Below, piece after piece: positions 9,991 through 22,342 of a stretch of DNA of 64,000 nucleotides (positions are counted from its first letter, which is position 1; each line of letters begins with the position of its first letter). The position numbers were made by a program, and so were the translations under genes. The notes beneath the pieces were generated by a model. That model was not told the origin of the DNA. It worked only from the letters and a program-made list of their open reading frames with translations, and made no database searches. Origin of the DNA: Candidatus Multivoradales bacterium (GTDB lineage Bacteria > Acidobacteriota > Thermoanaerobaculia > Multivoradales > Multivoraceae); the NCBI GenBank assembly GCA_965223325.1, contig CBDCWI010000002.1, positions 2,432,001-2,496,000 of the forward strand, written 5' to 3'.

Positions 9991-10377
9991 TCAGAATTCG
10001 AGCCCGCCTTCTCTCGCCGCATCGGCGAGGGCTTTGATCTTGCCGTGGTAGACGAACCCACCGCGGTCGAACACCACCTTCTTGACGCCCTTATCGAGAG
10101 CGCGCTCGGCAACCAGCTTGCCCACCGCTTCGGCCGCACCCTTGTTCGAGGTACCACCGGAGACCTGCGAACGCACCGCAGACTCCAGGGAGTTCGCCTG
10201 CGCGAGGGTGGTGCCATCGGCATCGTTGATCACCTGAGCATAGATGTACCTGAGGCTCTTGCTAACGGACAGACGCGGGCGCTCTTCGGTACCGGTCACC
10301 CGGTGACGAATGTGGTAGCGCTTGCGCTGTCGACGGTTCTGTCTGAGCAGGGTTCTCCTGCGTCCTATGGAGCTCAT
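9991..10377 (-). CDS. rplR: 50S ribosomal protein L18
   Basis: [34 protein letters not shown]. Confidence 0.98.
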   Translation of the reverse strand: MSSIGRRRTLLRQNRRQRKRYHIRHRVTGTEERPRLSVSKSLRYIYAQVINDADGTTLAQANSLESAVRSQVSGGTSNKGAAEAVGKLVAERALDKGVKKVVFDRGGFVYHGKIKALADAAREGGLEF

Positions 10378-10392
10378 TCTCTAAACACCTTT

Positions 10393-10938
10393 CTAGGCAG
10401 GACCGGTCGCAGCGGCCTTGCCGACCTTGAGCTTGAGCTGTTCGTCGGCGTACTTGATGCCCTTGCCCTTGTAGGCATCGGGGGGCCGCAGCGCGCGCAA
10501 TTCCGCCGCCACCTGGCCGACCTGCTGCTTATCGAAGCCGGTCACCGAAATCTTGTTGTTGTCAATCGCAACCGTGACGTTCTCCGGAACCTTGTAGATG
10601 ACCGGGTGGGAGAAGCCGAGAGCCAGGTGCACTTCCTTGCCTTTGACTTCGCCGCGGTAGCCAACGCCGTTGATCTCGAGCTCCTTGCTAAAGCCCTCTG
10701 TGACGCCGGTGACAGCGTTGTTGAGCAGCGACCGCAGAAGACCTTGCTTGGCGCGCGCCGTGGGCGCTTCGGAATCCGTCGTGACCGTGACCACGCCGTC
10801 CTCGAGCTCAACCCCGAGCCCTCCGAGAATCTCTTGCTCGAGCTTGCCCTTTGGGCCCTCGACCACAAACTTCCCGTCAGCGATTTGGATCTTGGCGCCA
10901 TCCGGTACCGGAATCGGCGCTCTACCCACTCGTGACAT
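10393..10938 (-). CDS. rplF: 50S ribosomal protein L6
   Basis: MSRVGRAPI, RPPDAYKGKGIKY. Confidence 0.98.
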   Translation of the reverse strand: MSRVGRAPIPVPDGAKIQIADGKFVVEGPKGKLEQEILGGLGVELEDGVVTVTTDSEAPTARAKQGLLRSLLNNAVTGVTEGFSKELEINGVGYRGEVKGKEVHLALGFSHPVIYKVPENVTVAIDNNKISVTGFDKQQVGQVAAELRALRPPDAYKGKGIKYADEQLKLKVGKAAATGPA

Positions 10939-10970
10939 GTCGAAACTCCTTCTCTTCCCTTAGCTCGTGA

Positions 10971-11369
10971 TCAGTAGATCTCGCAGATGACCTCGCCACC
11001 GACGCGACGCTCACGCGCCTCATGGTCGGTGAGAAGCCCCTGAGATGTTGAAAGCACTGCAGTGCCAATGCCGTTCAAGACGGGGCGCAGTTCGTCTGCC
11101 CCTTTGTATACGCGGCGACCCGGCTTCGAGACGCGCTTCACCTTAGTGATTGCTGGCGTGCCCTCCGCGGAGTAACGCAACAAGATGTCGACTCGCTTGC
11201 CTGGCGGATCCTCTTCGACGCGGTAGCTCTGGATGTAGCCCTCGCGCTCGAGAATCCGGCAAATCGCCAGCTTCGCCTTCGACGACGGCACGCTGACGCG
11301 GTCGTGCTTGGCGATGATCGCGTTGCGAATCCGTGTCAACAGATCGGCGATGGGGTCCGTCATGGTCAT
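10971..11369 (-). CDS. rpsH: 30S ribosomal protein S8
   Basis: MTDPIADLLTRIRNA, SKPGRRVY, GGEVICEI. Confidence 0.98.
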   Translation of the reverse strand: MTMTDPIADLLTRIRNAIIAKHDRVSVPSSKAKLAICRILEREGYIQSYRVEEDPPGKRVDILLRYSAEGTPAITKVKRVSKPGRRVYKGADELRPVLNGIGTAVLSTSQGLLTDHEARERRVGGEVICEIY

Positions 11370-11400
11370 CTGGGTTTTCCTTCTCTCTCTATCTTGAAAC

Positions 11401-11985
11401 TCAGGAGGCTTGCTTCATGCGATCGAGATCGCGGAATGGCAGGCCGAGCTCCTTGAGCAGAAAAAGCGCCTGCTCGTCGTTGGGAGCCGAGGTGACGATG
11501 GTGATGTTCATTCCTTTGGCGCCATCGGTCTTGTGGTAGTCGACCTCCGGGAAGATCAGATGATCACGGACCCCGAGGGTGTAGCTGCCGCGACCATCGA
11601 AGGCCCGCGGGCTGATGCCCCGGAAGTCACGGACGCGCGGAAGCGCTACTGAGATCAAACGATCGATAAACTCCCAAGCGCGGTTTCTTCGCAGGGTCAC
11701 GCGACAACCGATTGGCACGCCTTCACGCAGCTTGAAGGCCGCAATCGACTTGCGCGCACGGGTAATCGCCGGGCGCTGGCCAGCGATTGCCGCCAGCTCC
11801 TCTACCGCACTCTCGAGAATCTTGATGTTCCGGCTCGCTTCGCCGAGGCCCATGTTCAGCACGACCTTGTCGACGCGTGGCACCGCCATCTGGCTACTGA
11901 TGCCGAACTCCTTCTGGAGCTTCGGCGCGACCTCTTCGTCGTAGAGAGCCTTCAGGCGCGGCGTGTATGTGTTTTCTTCGGACAT
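11401..11985 (-). CDS. rplE: 50S ribosomal protein L5
   Basis: [17 protein letters not shown]. Confidence 0.98.
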   Translation of the reverse strand: MSEENTYTPRLKALYDEEVAPKLQKEFGISSQMAVPRVDKVVLNMGLGEASRNIKILESAVEELAAIAGQRPAITRARKSIAAFKLREGVPIGCRVTLRRNRAWEFIDRLISVALPRVRDFRGISPRAFDGRGSYTLGVRDHLIFPEVDYHKTDGAKGMNITIVTSAPNDEQALFLLKELGLPFRDLDRMKQAS

Positions 11986-12041
11986 CTTTCTTCCTCGATG
12001 CGTAGCTTCTGAATCTAGAGAGGGTTCGATCTGGTGGCCTT

Positions 12042-12365
12042 CTAGCTGAGGGTTGCGCCGCTGCGCTTGGCAACTCGGGCGCCCTTGCCGTCGGCCAGGC
12101 GCTTGCGACCAATCCGGGTGGGCTTGCCAGAGTCCGGATCGATCACCATCAGGTTGGAGGCGTGAATCGGCGCTTCGCGCTCGAGCACGCCGCCTTGAAT
12201 CTGTTGCTGGGGGTTGGGCCGCGTATGCCGTTTCATCATGTTGACGCCCTCGACAACGGCTCGACCGGTCGAAGGGATAACGCGCAGGACCTTGCCTTCA
12301 CGGCCCTTGTCCTTGCCAGCCAGCACCAGCACCTTGTCGTTCTTCTTGACGTGGAGTTTCGGCAT
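12042..12365 (-). CDS. rplX: 50S ribosomal protein L24
   Basis: [18 protein letters not shown]. Confidence 0.98.
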   Translation of the reverse strand: MPKLHVKKNDKVLVLAGKDKGREGKVLRVIPSTGRAVVEGVNMMKRHTRPNPQQQIQGGVLEREAPIHASNLMVIDPDSGKPTRIGRKRLADGKGARVAKRSGATLS

Positions 12366-12366
12366 C

Positions 12367-12735
12367 TCAGATCACCTCGGGGGCGAGCGACACAATACGC
12401 ATGAAGCGCCGTTCGCGGAGTTCACGAGCCACCGGGCCGAACACGCGGGTCCCGACGGGCTCTTTGGCTTCGTTGATAATCACCGCGGCGTTCTCGTCGA
12501 AGCGGATGTAGCTGCCATCACGACGGCGACGCTCCTTGCGAACCCGCACGATGACGGCCTGGACAACCTGGCCCTTCTTGACGGTGCCGTCAGGCGTGGC
12601 CTCTTTTACGGAGGCTGTGATGATGTCGCCGAGCGAACCGTAGCGACCGCTCGATCCGCCCTTCAAGTGAATGCAGGCGATTCGTTTGGCACCCGAGTTG
12701 TCGGCAACCTGGAGAACAGTTCCCATCTGAATCAT
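12367..12735 (-). CDS. rplN: 50S ribosomal protein L14
   Basis: [27 protein letters not shown]. Confidence 0.98.
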   Translation of the reverse strand: MIQMGTVLQVADNSGAKRIACIHLKGGSSGRYGSLGDIITASVKEATPDGTVKKGQVVQAVIVRVRKERRRRDGSYIRFDENAAVIINEAKEPVGTRVFGPVARELRERRFMRIVSLAPEVI

Positions 12736-12746
12736 TCTTCGACCCC

Positions 12747-13022
12747 TTAGCCTCTAGCGCGTTCGACGACGCGGCGCACGCGCCAGCGCTTGGTCTTGGA
12801 AAGGGGACGCGTCGACACGATCTCGACCAGATCGCCTTCTTTGCAATCGTTGGCCTCGTCATGGGCACGGAACTTCGACGAACGGGAGAGCTGGCGCTTG
12901 TACAGCTTGTGCATGACGGTCTTGGGAACCTGCACCACTACTGTCTTATCCATCTTGGCGCTGATGACCTTGCCGGTCTTCACCTGCTGAGGCGCGCGTT
13001 CCTGGGTGGTTTGTTCAGACAT
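12747..13022 (-). CDS. rpsQ: 30S ribosomal protein S17
   Basis: [18 protein letters not shown]. Confidence 0.98.
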   Translation of the reverse strand: MSEQTTQERAPQQVKTGKVISAKMDKTVVVQVPKTVMHKLYKRQLSRSSKFRAHDEANDCKEGDLVEIVSTRPLSKTKRWRVRRVVERARG

Positions 13023-13103
13023 CGTTTTTCCTCTAAGGGAGTCTTCCTGTAGCGGAGGGCTCAGGGGCTCGCAGCCTCGATGAGACGCTCACTACTCCTC
13101 AAG

Positions 13104-13310
13104 TCACTCGTTTCCGTCGGCGGCGTTCAACTTCTCGCGCAGAACCGTCAGCACCCGCGCCAGATCCTTCTTGGTGTTCTTCACACGGGCAGGGCTGTCG
13201 AGCTGCCCCGTGACGCGCTGAATCCGCATGTCCCGCAGCTGCACGGAGAGGCTTTCTTCTCGCTCGCGCAAGGCGGCGACGGTCTCTTCCCTCAGTTCAC
13301 TGGCTTTCAT
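13104..13310 (-). CDS. rpmC: 50S ribosomal protein L29
   Basis: MKASELRE, TGQLDSPARVKNTKKDLARVLT; position between rplP and rpsQ. Confidence 0.95.
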   Translation of the reverse strand: MKASELREETVAALREREESLSVQLRDMRIQRVTGQLDSPARVKNTKKDLARVLTVLREKLNAADGNE

Positions 13311-13417
13311 GGTCTTGGGTCTCTTGGTCTAGCTGTGTGCGGTCTTGGTTGTTCTAACGTCTTCTTGTTGTCTGCTCTTGCGGGGCCTGGTACCGGGAGC
13401 CGCAGTTGCCGATCTTC

Positions 13418-13837
13418 CTAGCCGTGACTACCGTGACGGGTCACAAAACGCGTCTTGATCGGCAGCTTGTGCGAGGCTAGGCGCATGGCCTCTTTCGCCA
13501 GATCTTCTGGAACACCTTCGAGTTCGTAGAGGATGCGGCCTGGTTTGATCACCGCGACCCAGGCTTCTGGTGGCCCCTTGCCCTTGCCCATACGCATCTC
13601 GAGCGGCTTCTTGGTAATCGGCTTGTCGGGAAAGAGCCGGATCCAGACCTTGCCGGAGCGCTTGATGTGACGGGTCACAGCAATACGGGCGGCTTCGATC
13701 TGGCGCGCTGTGATCCAACCGACCTCCATTGCCTGGAGACCGTAGTCGCCAAACGCGATGTAGTCACCGCCCTTGGCACGCCCGGCACGGCGACCGCGGT
13801 GCATCTTGCGGTATTTGACTTTCTTCGGCATCAACAT
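13418..13837 (-). CDS. rplP: 50S ribosomal protein L16
   Basis: [18 protein letters not shown]. Confidence 0.98.
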   Translation of the reverse strand: MLMPKKVKYRKMHRGRRAGRAKGGDYIAFGDYGLQAMEVGWITARQIEAARIAVTRHIKRSGKVWIRLFPDKPITKKPLEMRMGKGKGPPEAWVAVIKPGRILYELEGVPEDLAKEAMRLASHKLPIKTRFVTRHGSHG

Positions 13838-13895
13838 GGTGGATTCACTCCTGGAACGGGTCTACTTCTATTCGAAATCTTGTTTGGGTAAGTGC

Positions 13896-13960
13896 GCGAT
13901 CGCACCTCAGGCGATCGCACCTCAGGCAATCGCACCTCAGGCGATCGCACCTCAGGCAAT
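13896..13960. repeat. 15-bp tandem repeat x4.3 (GCRATCGCACCTCAG) overlapping the rpsC stop
   Basis: Units at 13896, 13911, 13926, 13941, partial at 13956. Confidence 0.95.
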
Positions 13961-14605
13961 GGCTCTATGGCCCTTCTCGCGCAACAGGTCGCCCTTGTAG
14001 ATCCACACCTTGACCCCGATGGTGCCGTAGGTGGTGTGAGACTCGGCAAGCCCGTAGTCGATGTCAGCTTTCAAGGTATGCAGGGGTAGGCGGCCGTCCT
14101 GATACCACTCGGTCCGTGCGATCTCGGTCCCGCCAAGGCGGCCCGAAACCTGAATCTTGACCCCTTTGGCGCCGAAGCGGAACGCCGACTCCATGGCCTT
14201 CTTCATCGCCCGCCTGAAAGCAACACGACGGAGCAGCTGATGGGCGATGTTCTCTGCAACCAACTGAGCGTCGAGTTCGGGGCGCTGGATCTCCTGGATG
14301 TTGATATGCACCTCGCGACCGAGACGGCGCGTGAGGTCGTCGCGCAGCTTGTCGACCTCGGTTCCCTTGCGACCGATGATGATGCCCGGACGCGAGGTGT
14401 AGATCGTCACCCGGAACTTGTCGCCCGTGCGCTCGATGTCGATCTCACTCACGCCGGCATGGTGCAAACGCTTCTTGAGCTGGTTACGCAGCTTCAGATC
14501 TTCATGCAACCGGTCGCGGTACTGAGAGCCCTCGGCGTACCAACGCGACTTCCAGGTCTTGTTGTAGACCAGACGGAAACCATAGGGATGTACTTTTTGA
14601 CCCAA
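13952..14605 (-). CDS. rpsC: 30S ribosomal protein S3
   Basis: [26 protein letters not shown]. Confidence 0.98.
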   Translation of the reverse strand: MGQKVHPYGFRLVYNKTWKSRWYAEGSQYRDRLHEDLKLRNQLKKRLHHAGVSEIDIERTGDKFRVTIYTSRPGIIIGRKGTEVDKLRDDLTRRLGREVHINIQEIQRPELDAQLVAENIAHQLLRRVAFRRAMKKAMESAFRFGAKGVKIQVSGRLGGTEIARTEWYQDGRLPLHTLKADIDYGLAESHTTYGTIGVKVWIYKGDLLREKGHRAIA

Positions 14606-14616
14606 CGTTCTTCTCC

Positions 14617-14973
14617 TTAGGCTTCGTCGCCGTCTTCGGGGCGGGTATCCAACTTGATCGTGATGTGGCTCTGCCGCTTGAGGATGCGGAAGGCACGACC
14701 CTGGGGCGCAGGGCGCAACCGCTTGAGGCTCGGCCCGCCATCGACGAAGATCTCCTTGACATAGAGACGATCGATGTCGATGGCCTGGTCTCCATTCTCG
14801 GCGTTGGCAACGGCCGATGTCAGAAGCTTGCGCAGCGGTAGAGCCGCATACTTCTTGGTGAGGAGAAGGATGTTCGATGCTTCCTCAACGCCCTTTCCGC
14901 GAATCATGTCCGCGACCAGGCGAACCTTCTGCGGCGAGCCCTGGTGATAGCGCAGTCGTGCGGTGAATTCCAT
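14617..14973 (-). CDS. rplV: 50S ribosomal protein L22
   Basis: [29 protein letters not shown]. Confidence 0.98.
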   Translation of the reverse strand: MEFTARLRYHQGSPQKVRLVADMIRGKGVEEASNILLLTKKYAALPLRKLLTSAVANAENGDQAIDIDRLYVKEIFVDGGPSLKRLRPAPQGRAFRILKRQSHITIKLDTRPEDGDEA

Positions 14974-14999
14974 GTCGTTCTTTCCCTACCAGGGACGCG

Positions 15000-15284
15000 C
15001 TAGCGCGCCCGACCCTTCTTCTCGCGGCCACCGGCATGGCTGCGGAAGGTGCGCGTTTGCGCAAACTCGCCGAGCTTGTGGCCGACCATGTTTTCCGACA
15101 CAAAGACCGGAATGAACTTCTGCCCGTTGTGCACGGCGATCGTTTGACCCACCATTTCGGGGATGACCGTCGATCGGCGCGACCAGGTCTTGATCACCTG
15201 CTTGGAGCCCGATTCGACGTGCTTGTGCACCTTCTCCAACAGGTGGTGATCAATGAAGAAACCCTTCTTGAGTGAGCGTGGCAT
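15000..15284 (-). CDS. rpsS: 30S ribosomal protein S19
   Basis: [18 protein letters not shown]. Confidence 0.98.
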   Translation of the reverse strand: MPRSLKKGFFIDHHLLEKVHKHVESGSKQVIKTWSRRSTVIPEMVGQTIAVHNGQKFIPVFVSENMVGHKLGEFAQTRTFRSHAGGREKKGRAR

Positions 15285-15316
15285 CGCGTGTCCTCTTTAT
15301 CTACTTCCCGAAATTC

Positions 15317-16147
15317 CTACTTCTTCTTGCGGCCGCGCACGATCATGCTCGACGTGCGCTTGTTGCGACGGGTCTTGGCGCCTTTGGTCTTCTTGCCCCA
15401 GGGCGTCGTGGGGTGGCGACCGCCACTCGACTTACCTTCACCACCACCCATGGGATGGTCGACCGGGTTCATCGAAACACCACGGTTGTGAGGACGGCGC
15501 CCCAGCCAACGGCTGCGACCGGCCTTACCGAGCGAAGCGTTGTTGTGCTCTGAGAAGCCCACCTCACCAAGGGTCGCTCGACAGTTGAGATGAACCTTGC
15601 GCACCTCGCCGGAAGGGAGACGAATCTGCGCCCACGCGCCCTCCTTCGCCATCACCTGCGCCGAGTTGCCGGCGCTGCGTACCATCTGGCCGCCCTTGCC
15701 GATCTTGAGCTCGATGTTGTGGACCTGACTACCGAGCGGGATGTGGCGCAGCGGCAGGCAGTTGCCGACGTTGACCTCGGCGCCCTCGCCGGACATGACC
15801 GTGTCACCGACCTTCAGCCCCTTGGGCCACAGGATGTAGCGCTTCTCGCCGTCGGCGTAGTTGAGGAGCGCAATGCGCGCCGACCGGTTCGGGTCGTACT
15901 CGACAGTGGCAACCTTGGCAGGAACGCCGTCCTTGTCGCGCCGAAAGTCAACCTGGCGGTAGCGGCGTTTGTGACCACCACCGCGGAACCAGATCGTCTG
16001 GTGACCCTTGTTGTTACGGCCGCCGATACGCTTCTTACCTTTGGTAAGCGGCTTGTGGGGCGTGTTCTTCGTCGTCAGCTCTTTGAAGTCGGCAAACTCC
16101 TGGTAGCGGCTTGCCGGATTCGTTGGCTTTCTCTTCTTGACAGCCAT
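15317..16147 (-). CDS. rplB: 50S ribosomal protein L2
   Basis: [25 protein letters not shown]. Confidence 0.99.
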   Translation of the reverse strand: MAVKKRKPTNPASRYQEFADFKELTTKNTPHKPLTKGKKRIGGRNNKGHQTIWFRGGGHKRRYRQVDFRRDKDGVPAKVATVEYDPNRSARIALLNYADGEKRYILWPKGLKVGDTVMSGEGAEVNVGNCLPLRHIPLGSQVHNIELKIGKGGQMVRSAGNSAQVMAKEGAWAQIRLPSGEVRKVHLNCRATLGEVGFSEHNNASLGKAGRSRWLGRRPHNRGVSMNPVDHPMGGGEGKSSGGRHPTTPWGKKTKGAKTRRNKRTSSMIVRGRKKK

Positions 16148-16149
16148 CT

Positions 16150-16434
16150 CTACATGCCCTCGAACAGGTTGATCTCGCCGGAGGCAAGGCGGACGTACGC
16201 CTTCTTCCAGTCTGGAAGATGGCCGACGTAGCGACCCTGGCGACGTTCTTTGCCGTGCATCGTTGCAACCCGCACCTCGGCCACGACCACCTTGGGGTAC
16301 GTCGCCTCGACGGCGCGCTTGATCTCGATCTTGTTGGCCCGCCGGTCGACTTCGAAAGCGACGATGTTCGCCTCTCCCTGAGCAGTGCTCTTCTCAGTGA
16401 TCAGCGGCCGGCGAATGATGTCGTGAATCCTCAT
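16150..16434 (-). CDS. rplW: 50S ribosomal protein L23
   Basis: [26 protein letters not shown]. Confidence 0.97.
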   Translation of the reverse strand: MRIHDIIRRPLITEKSTAQGEANIVAFEVDRRANKIEIKRAVEATYPKVVVAEVRVATMHGKERRQGRYVGHLPDWKKAYVRLASGEINLFEGM

Positions 16435-17063
16435 GACGCTTCCTTGTGGAGCACACCAACGAGACGACCGAGGGCCTCCTCGCTGATCAGGACGTGTTCG
16501 CGATCGACCACGTCGTAGACGTTGACGCCGAGGGCGTCCACCGCCTTGACCTGTGCCAGGTTGCGCGAAGCAAGGCCCAGCTTTTCGTTGTGGTAGTTGT
16601 CGACGATGAGCGCCTTGCCGTCGACACCGAGTGCGTCGAGCGTGGCGAGAAAGTCTTGCGTACGGTGGCTCTCGAGCTCGAAGTTCTCGATCACGAAGAG
16701 CTTCTCTTCGGCAAGCTTCCTCGACAGCGCTGAGCGCAGAGCGTTCTTCTTCTCACGTACGGAGAGCTTGTCTTTGTAGCTGCGCGGCCTGGGGCCGTGA
16801 GCCGCACCGCCACCACGACGAATCGGGCTGGCTGCCGGGCCAACACGGGCACGACCGGTGCCCTTCTGCCGGTAGAGCTTGCGGCCCGAACCAACGACCT
16901 GGTTGCGATTCTTGGCGGAGTGCGTTCCCGAGCGCTGTGCGTTGCGATAGGAGACGACGGCCTGGTGGATCAAGTGCTCGTTGTAAGGGTACGAGAAGAC
17001 CTCATCGGGCACCTCGACCTTACGCAGAGCCTTGTTCGCCTGGCTTTTGACCTGGAGTTTCAT
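16431..17063 (-). CDS. rplD: 50S ribosomal protein L4
   Basis: RQKGTGRARVG, GGGAAHGPRPR. Confidence 0.98.
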   Translation of the reverse strand: MKLQVKSQANKALRKVEVPDEVFSYPYNEHLIHQAVVSYRNAQRSGTHSAKNRNQVVGSGRKLYRQKGTGRARVGPAASPIRRGGGAAHGPRPRSYKDKLSVREKKNALRSALSRKLAEEKLFVIENFELESHRTQDFLATLDALGVDGKALIVDNYHNEKLGLASRNLAQVKAVDALGVNVYDVVDREHVLISEEALGRLVGVLHKEAS

Positions 17064-17081
17064 GACGTTCGTGCCTCTTCT

Positions 17082-17900
17082 CTACTCGTCGTCCGCCTGA
17101 GCGGTCTCGTCAGTGCTCGCAGCAGCCTCTTCCGCGGCCTCTTCTGGGGCTTCACCCGCAGGTTCTTCCGCGGCAGCCGCCTCGACGGTCTCCTCGACGA
17201 CTTCTTCAGCTGCCTCCTCGACCGGCGCTGTGACCTCTTCGATTTCGCCCGGTGCAGCTTCGCGTTCCCCGCGGCCCTTCCAAGATCGCTCGATGAGCAC
17301 CAGACCGTTGCGACCACCGGGAACCGAACCGCGCACGAAGAGCAGGTTCTCTTCAGGAATCACGCGAACGACCTCGAGGTTGCGGGTCAAGGTGCGCGCG
17401 TTGCCCGTCTGGCCCGGCAGGCGAACGCCAGGGAAAACACGCGACGGCGAGGCGGACTGACCAACGGAACCGGGGGCGCGATGAAACATCGAACCGTGCG
17501 TCGCGCGACCGCCACCGAAACCGTAACGCTTCATAACGCCCTGGAACCCCTTACCCTTGCTGGTACCTACGACGTTGACGAACCGGTCGTTGACGAAGAT
17601 TCCGACCTTGACCTGATCTCCAGGCTGGGGATCGGCGTCTTCCGCGATAGGCACCTCGGCGGTCTTGCGCATCGGCTGCACTCCAGCCTTGGCAAAGTGG
17701 CCCTTCATTGCCTTGGTGACCTTCTTCGGAGCCACGCGGTCAATGAGCCCGATCTGAGCAGCCTCGTACCCGTCCTTCTCGGTGGTCCGTCGTTGCACAA
17801 CGACGCACGGGCCAGCCTTGATGACGGTGCACGGAATCGCGCGGCCGTCGTCGGCGTAGACCTGGGTCATACCGATTTTCCTACCCAGCAACCCATCCAT
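17082..17900 (-). CDS. rplC: 50S ribosomal protein L3 with long acidic C-terminal tail
   Basis: GRKIGMTQ, SKGKGFQG, HRAPGSVG. Confidence 0.98.
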   Translation of the reverse strand: MDGLLGRKIGMTQVYADDGRAIPCTVIKAGPCVVVQRRTTEKDGYEAAQIGLIDRVAPKKVTKAMKGHFAKAGVQPMRKTAEVPIAEDADPQPGDQVKVGIFVNDRFVNVVGTSKGKGFQGVMKRYGFGGGRATHGSMFHRAPGSVGQSASPSRVFPGVRLPGQTGNARTLTRNLEVVRVIPEENLLFVRGSVPGGRNGLVLIERSWKGRGEREAAPGEIEEVTAPVEEAAEEVVEETVEAAAAEEPAGEAPEEAAEEAAASTDETAQADDE

Positions 17901-17982
17901 TTTCTTTAGTGCTCCGTGCTCTCTGCTTGTACTGGTGAAGTCAAAACGAACATCGACTCGGCGACGAGCCGAGCGCAGTTCT

Positions 17983-18300
<318 letters not shown>

Positions 18301-18398
18301 TTCTGCAGTCTCACCAGAGTTCCGCTAACGGATTCGTTGTTCTTGGACACAAGGGTTCTTGCCTAGTTGCGACCGGCATCTTCTGAAGTCTTCGATGC

Positions 18399-19586
18399 CT
18401 ACTCGTGAATCTCGGTGACAGTTCCGGCCCCGACGGTGCGGCCGCCTTCGCGAATCGCAAAGCGCACACCCTTCTCCATGGCGATCGGAGCGATCAGCTC
18501 CACGTCGAGCGACACGTTGTCGCCAGGCATCACCATCTCGGTGCCCTCAGGAAGCTCCGCGATACCCGTCACATCGGTGGTGCGGAAGTAGAACTGGGGA
18601 CGGTAGCCCTTGAAGAACGGAGTGTGGCGACCACCCTCCTCCTTCGTCAGGATGTAGACCTCGCCCTTGAACTTCGTATGCGGAGTGATCGAACCGGGCT
18701 TCGCCAGGCACTGACCACGCTCGACCTCGTCCTTCTTCGTGCCACGAAGAAGAACACCGACGTTGTCACCCGCCTCACCGCGATCGAGAAGCTTGCGGAA
18801 CATCTCCACACCCGTCACCGTCGTCTTCGACGTGTCACGAATACCAACGATCTCCACCTCGTCACCGACGTTGACCACACCACGCTCCACGCGGCCGGTC
18901 ACCACGGTGCCACGACCCTGGATCGTGAAAATGTCCTCGATCGGCATCAGGAAGTCCTTGTCCACGTCGCGCGTCGGGTTCGGAACGTAAGAGTCCACCG
19001 AGTCCATCAACTCCACGACCTTCTCGGCCCACTCCGAAGCCGGGTCCTCGAGAGCCTTCAAGGCCGAACCGCGAATGATCGGGATGTCGTCGCCAGGGAA
19101 CTCGTAGTACGTCAAAAGCTCACGAAGCTCGAGCTCGACCAGGTCGAGAAGCTCTTCGTCGTCGACCGTGTCGCACTTGTTCATGAAAACGACGATGTAT
19201 GGAACACCGACCTGCCGAGCCAACAGAATGTGCTCACGCGTCTGAGGCATCGGACCATCAGCAGCCGACACCACCAGGATCGCGCCGTCCATCTGCGCGG
19301 CGCCCGTGATCATGTTCTTGACGTAGTCAGCATGGCCGGGGCAGTCGACGTGAGCGTAGTGACGGTTCTCCGTCTCGTACTCGACGTGAGCGGTCGCGAT
19401 CGTGATGCCGCGCTCGCGCTCCTCAGGCGCCTTGTCGATCTGGTCGAAGGCGACCGCCTCGGCGCCACCCTTCGCGGCCAGAACCGCGGTGATCGCTGCC
19501 GTCAACGTCGTCTTACCGTGATCGACGTGACCAATCGTCCCCACGTTCAGGTGGGGTTTGGTGCGTTCAAACTTTTCCTTGGCCAT
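18399..19586 (-). CDS. tuf: Elongation factor Tu (str-operon copy)
   Basis: [30 protein letters not shown]. Confidence 0.99.
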   Translation of the reverse strand: MAKEKFERTKPHLNVGTIGHVDHGKTTLTAAITAVLAAKGGAEAVAFDQIDKAPEERERGITIATAHVEYETENRHYAHVDCPGHADYVKNMITGAAQMDGAILVVSAADGPMPQTREHILLARQVGVPYIVVFMNKCDTVDDEELLDLVELELRELLTYYEFPGDDIPIIRGSALKALEDPASEWAEKVVELMDSVDSYVPNPTRDVDKDFLMPIEDIFTIQGRGTVVTGRVERGVVNVGDEVEIVGIRDTSKTTVTGVEMFRKLLDRGEAGDNVGVLLRGTKKDEVERGQCLAKPGSITPHTKFKGEVYILTKEEGGRHTPFFKGYRPQFYFRTTDVTGIAELPEGTEMVMPGDNVSLDVELIAPIAMEKGVRFAIREGGRTVGAGTVTEIHE

Positions 19587-19663
19587 CGCTACATTCCTTC
19601 CAATCGGCTCTCTGACTTATTGGTTTCAGGTTTCGTTTTCTTTGACTGACGTTTCTATCGGGT

Positions 19664-21745
19664 TCAGGTCGCGGCCTGACCAACGACTTCATCGACGACG
19701 CTCTTGGGCGCCGCCTCGTACGAGTGGAACTGCATGGTCGAAGTGGCGCGCCCTTGAGTCAGGGAGCGCAGGTCGGTGGTGTAGCCGAACATCTGTGCCA
19801 GCGGCACCAAGCAGTTGATGACCTGCGCGTTGCCGCGCGCCTCCATACCCTGCACACGGCCACGGCGTGAGTTGATGTCGCCCACGACGTCACCGAGGTA
19901 CTCCTCTGGCGTGACGACCTCGACCGACATGATTGGCTCGAGCAGCTGAAGCTTCGCCTTCTTGGCGGCGTCTTGCCAGGCCATCGAACCAGCGATCTTG
20001 AAGGCGACTTCCGAGGAGTCGACCTCATGGTAGTTGCCGTCGTAGAGATCGACCTGGACGTCGACGACCGGAAAGCCGGCCAGAGGACCGGATTCGAAAG
20101 CCTCTTCGATGCCCTGGAAGACGTTCTTGATGAACTCGCGCGGAATCGCACCACCGGTGACCTGGTCCTGGAAAATCTGATCTTCCTCGCCGGTCGAGTG
20201 GAACGGCCGCACGCGAATCTTGGCGTGACCGAACTGACCACGACCACCCGACTGGCGCTTGAACAGGCCATCGCCCTCGGCCTCCTGGAGGATGGTCTCC
20301 TTGTAGGCGACCTGCGGGCGACCAACCGTCGCGCCGACGTTGAACTCGCGCACCAGGCGATCGGTGATGATCTCGAGATGGAGCTCGCCCATGCCCGAGA
20401 TGAGGACCTGGTTGGTGTCGGGGTCGGTGTGAACGCGAAACGTCGGGTCTTCCTTCATCAGCTTGCCGAGGGCGACCGAGAGCTTCTCCTGGTCGGCCTT
20501 GGTCTTGGGCTCGATCGAAACCGAGATCACCGGCTCTGGGAAGGTCATCGACTCGAGGACGATGGGATCCTTCTCAGCACAGATCGTGTCGCCAGTGGTC
20601 GCATTCTTGAGGCCAACCGCCGCACAAATGTCGCCGGCCGAAACCCGTTCGAGCTCCTCGCGCTTGTTGGCGTGCATCTGCAGCAGCCGACCAACGCGCT
20701 CCTTCTTGCCGCTCGTCGAGTTGAGAACCGACGAACCGGCCTCGAGTGAACCCGAGTAGACGCGGAAGTAGGCGAGCTGGCCAATGAAGGGGTCGGTCAT
20801 GATCTTGAAGACCAGGGCGGAGAACGGAGCATCGTCCTCCGGCTTACGGACGGCCACCTCTTCGGAACGCGGCAGGGTACCCTCGATCGCTGGCACGTCG
20901 AGCGGCGACGGCAGGTAGTCGATGACTGCGTCGAGCAGCGGCTGGACGCCTTTGTTCTTGAACGCTGAGCCGCACAGAACCGGCTGCAGCTTGCTGTCGA
21001 TGGTAGCTTGGCGGAGCGCCTTCTTCAGGTCGTCTTCGGTGACCTCTTCTCCACCGAGGTACTTCTCGAGCAGATCGTCGTCGGTCTCGGCGATCGCCTC
21101 GACCATCTTCTCGCGCGCCTCCTGAGCCTCGTCCATCATCTCGGCCGGGATCTCAGCGACCTCGTACTCGGCGCCCATCGTCTCGTCTTTGTAGTAGATG
21201 CCGCGCATCCCCATGAGATCGATGACGCCCTTGAGGTTTTCCTCGGCGCCCCAGGGAAGTTGAATGACACACGGCGACGCACCGAGGCGCGAAACCATCA
21301 TGTCGACGCAGCGCCGGAAGTCGGCACCAACGCGATCCATCTTGTTGACAAAGGCCATGCGCGGAACCCGGTACTTGTCGGCCTGGCGCCACACCGTCTC
21401 CGACTGCGGCTCGACACCGGCGACCGCATCGAACACCGCAACCGCACCGTCGAGCACCCGCAGTGAGCGCTCGACCTCGACCGTGAAGTCGACGTGACCC
21501 GGGGTGTCGATGATGTTGATCCGGTTCTCGTTCCAGAAACAGGTCGTCGCGGCAGACGTGATGGTGATGCCGCGTTCCTGCTCCTGAACCATCCAATCCA
21601 TCGTCGCGGTGCCTTCGTGCACCTCGCCGATCTTGTAGTTCACACCCGTATAGAAGAGGACACGCTCGGTGGTCGTCGTCTTACCGGCATCGATGTGGGC
21701 CATGATGCCGATGTTGCGGGTTTTTCGTAGGGATACCTTGGCCAT
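19664..21745 (-). CDS. fusA: Elongation factor G
   Basis: [22 protein letters not shown]; located in the str operon. Confidence 0.99.
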   Translation of the reverse strand: MAKVSLRKTRNIGIMAHIDAGKTTTTERVLFYTGVNYKIGEVHEGTATMDWMVQEQERGITITSAATTCFWNENRINIIDTPGHVDFTVEVERSLRVLDGAVAVFDAVAGVEPQSETVWRQADKYRVPRMAFVNKMDRVGADFRRCVDMMVSRLGASPCVIQLPWGAEENLKGVIDLMGMRGIYYKDETMGAEYEVAEIPAEMMDEAQEAREKMVEAIAETDDDLLEKYLGGEEVTEDDLKKALRQATIDSKLQPVLCGSAFKNKGVQPLLDAVIDYLPSPLDVPAIEGTLPRSEEVAVRKPEDDAPFSALVFKIMTDPFIGQLAYFRVYSGSLEAGSSVLNSTSGKKERVGRLLQMHANKREELERVSAGDICAAVGLKNATTGDTICAEKDPIVLESMTFPEPVISVSIEPKTKADQEKLSVALGKLMKEDPTFRVHTDPDTNQVLISGMGELHLEIITDRLVREFNVGATVGRPQVAYKETILQEAEGDGLFKRQSGGRGQFGHAKIRVRPFHSTGEEDQIFQDQVTGGAIPREFIKNVFQGIEEAFESGPLAGFPVVDVQVDLYDGNYHEVDSSEVAFKIAGSMAWQDAAKKAKLQLLEPIMSVEVVTPEEYLGDVVGDINSRRGRVQGMEARGNAQVINCLVPLAQMFGYTTDLRSLTQGRATSTMQFHSYEAAPKSVVDEVVGQAAT

Positions 21746-21871
21746 GATCTGGTCTCTCGAGCGAACCCCGAAAGGGGGCGCTGGAACTAGCGGGGCTTCT
21801 TGGATTGGGCTTTCTAGCTTGGGTGAGTGTCGCCCGAACGACGACCGTGTGCTGGCTGAGCGCCTCTGCTC

Positions 21872-22342
21872 CTACCAGCGGTAATGGGCGTACGCCTTGT
21901 TGGCGTCGGCCATGCGATGGGTGTCTTCTCTCTTCTTGACCGCAGCGCCGCGGCCTTCGGCCGCCTCGATCAGCTCGCCGGCGAGCTTCTCGCGCATGGT
22001 CTTCTCGTGCCGCTTCTGCGCCGCCTGGATGATCCAGCGCATCGAAAGCGCCAGCTTGCGCCCCGGATGCACTTCGATCGGCACCTGATAGGTGGAGCCA
22101 CCTACGCGCCGAGACTTGACCTCGACGGCAGGCTTGACGTTGTCAACGGCCTTCTTGAATGTCTTGAGTGGATCTTCCTCGCCCCGCTCTTTGATCATCG
22201 CGAGCGCGTCATAAAGGATGCGCTCGGCGACAGTCTTCTTGCCATCCTCCATCACGACGTTGATGAACTTGCTCACCAACTGGGAGTCGTACAGGGGATC
22301 CGGAAGGATCTCTCTCTTGGGTACTTCGCGGCGTCTCGGCAT
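21872..22342 (-). CDS. rpsG: 30S ribosomal protein S7
   Basis: [29 protein letters not shown]. Confidence 0.99.
   Translation of the reverse strand: MPRRREVPKREILPDPLYDSQLVSKFINVVMEDGKKTVAERILYDALAMIKERGEEDPLKTFKKAVDNVKPAVEVKSRRVGGSTYQVPIEVHPGRKLALSMRWIIQAAQKRHEKTMREKLAGELIEAAEGRGAAVKKREDTHRMADANKAYAHYRW

Noticed and set aside
18405-19649. Long + strand ORFs antisense to tuf, rpoB, rpoC, rplF/rplR and the hydratase gene (e.g. 414, 449, 459, 516, 571 aa)
   Set aside because: Shadow frames produced by high-GC codon bias opposite well-conserved genes; no recognisable motifs.
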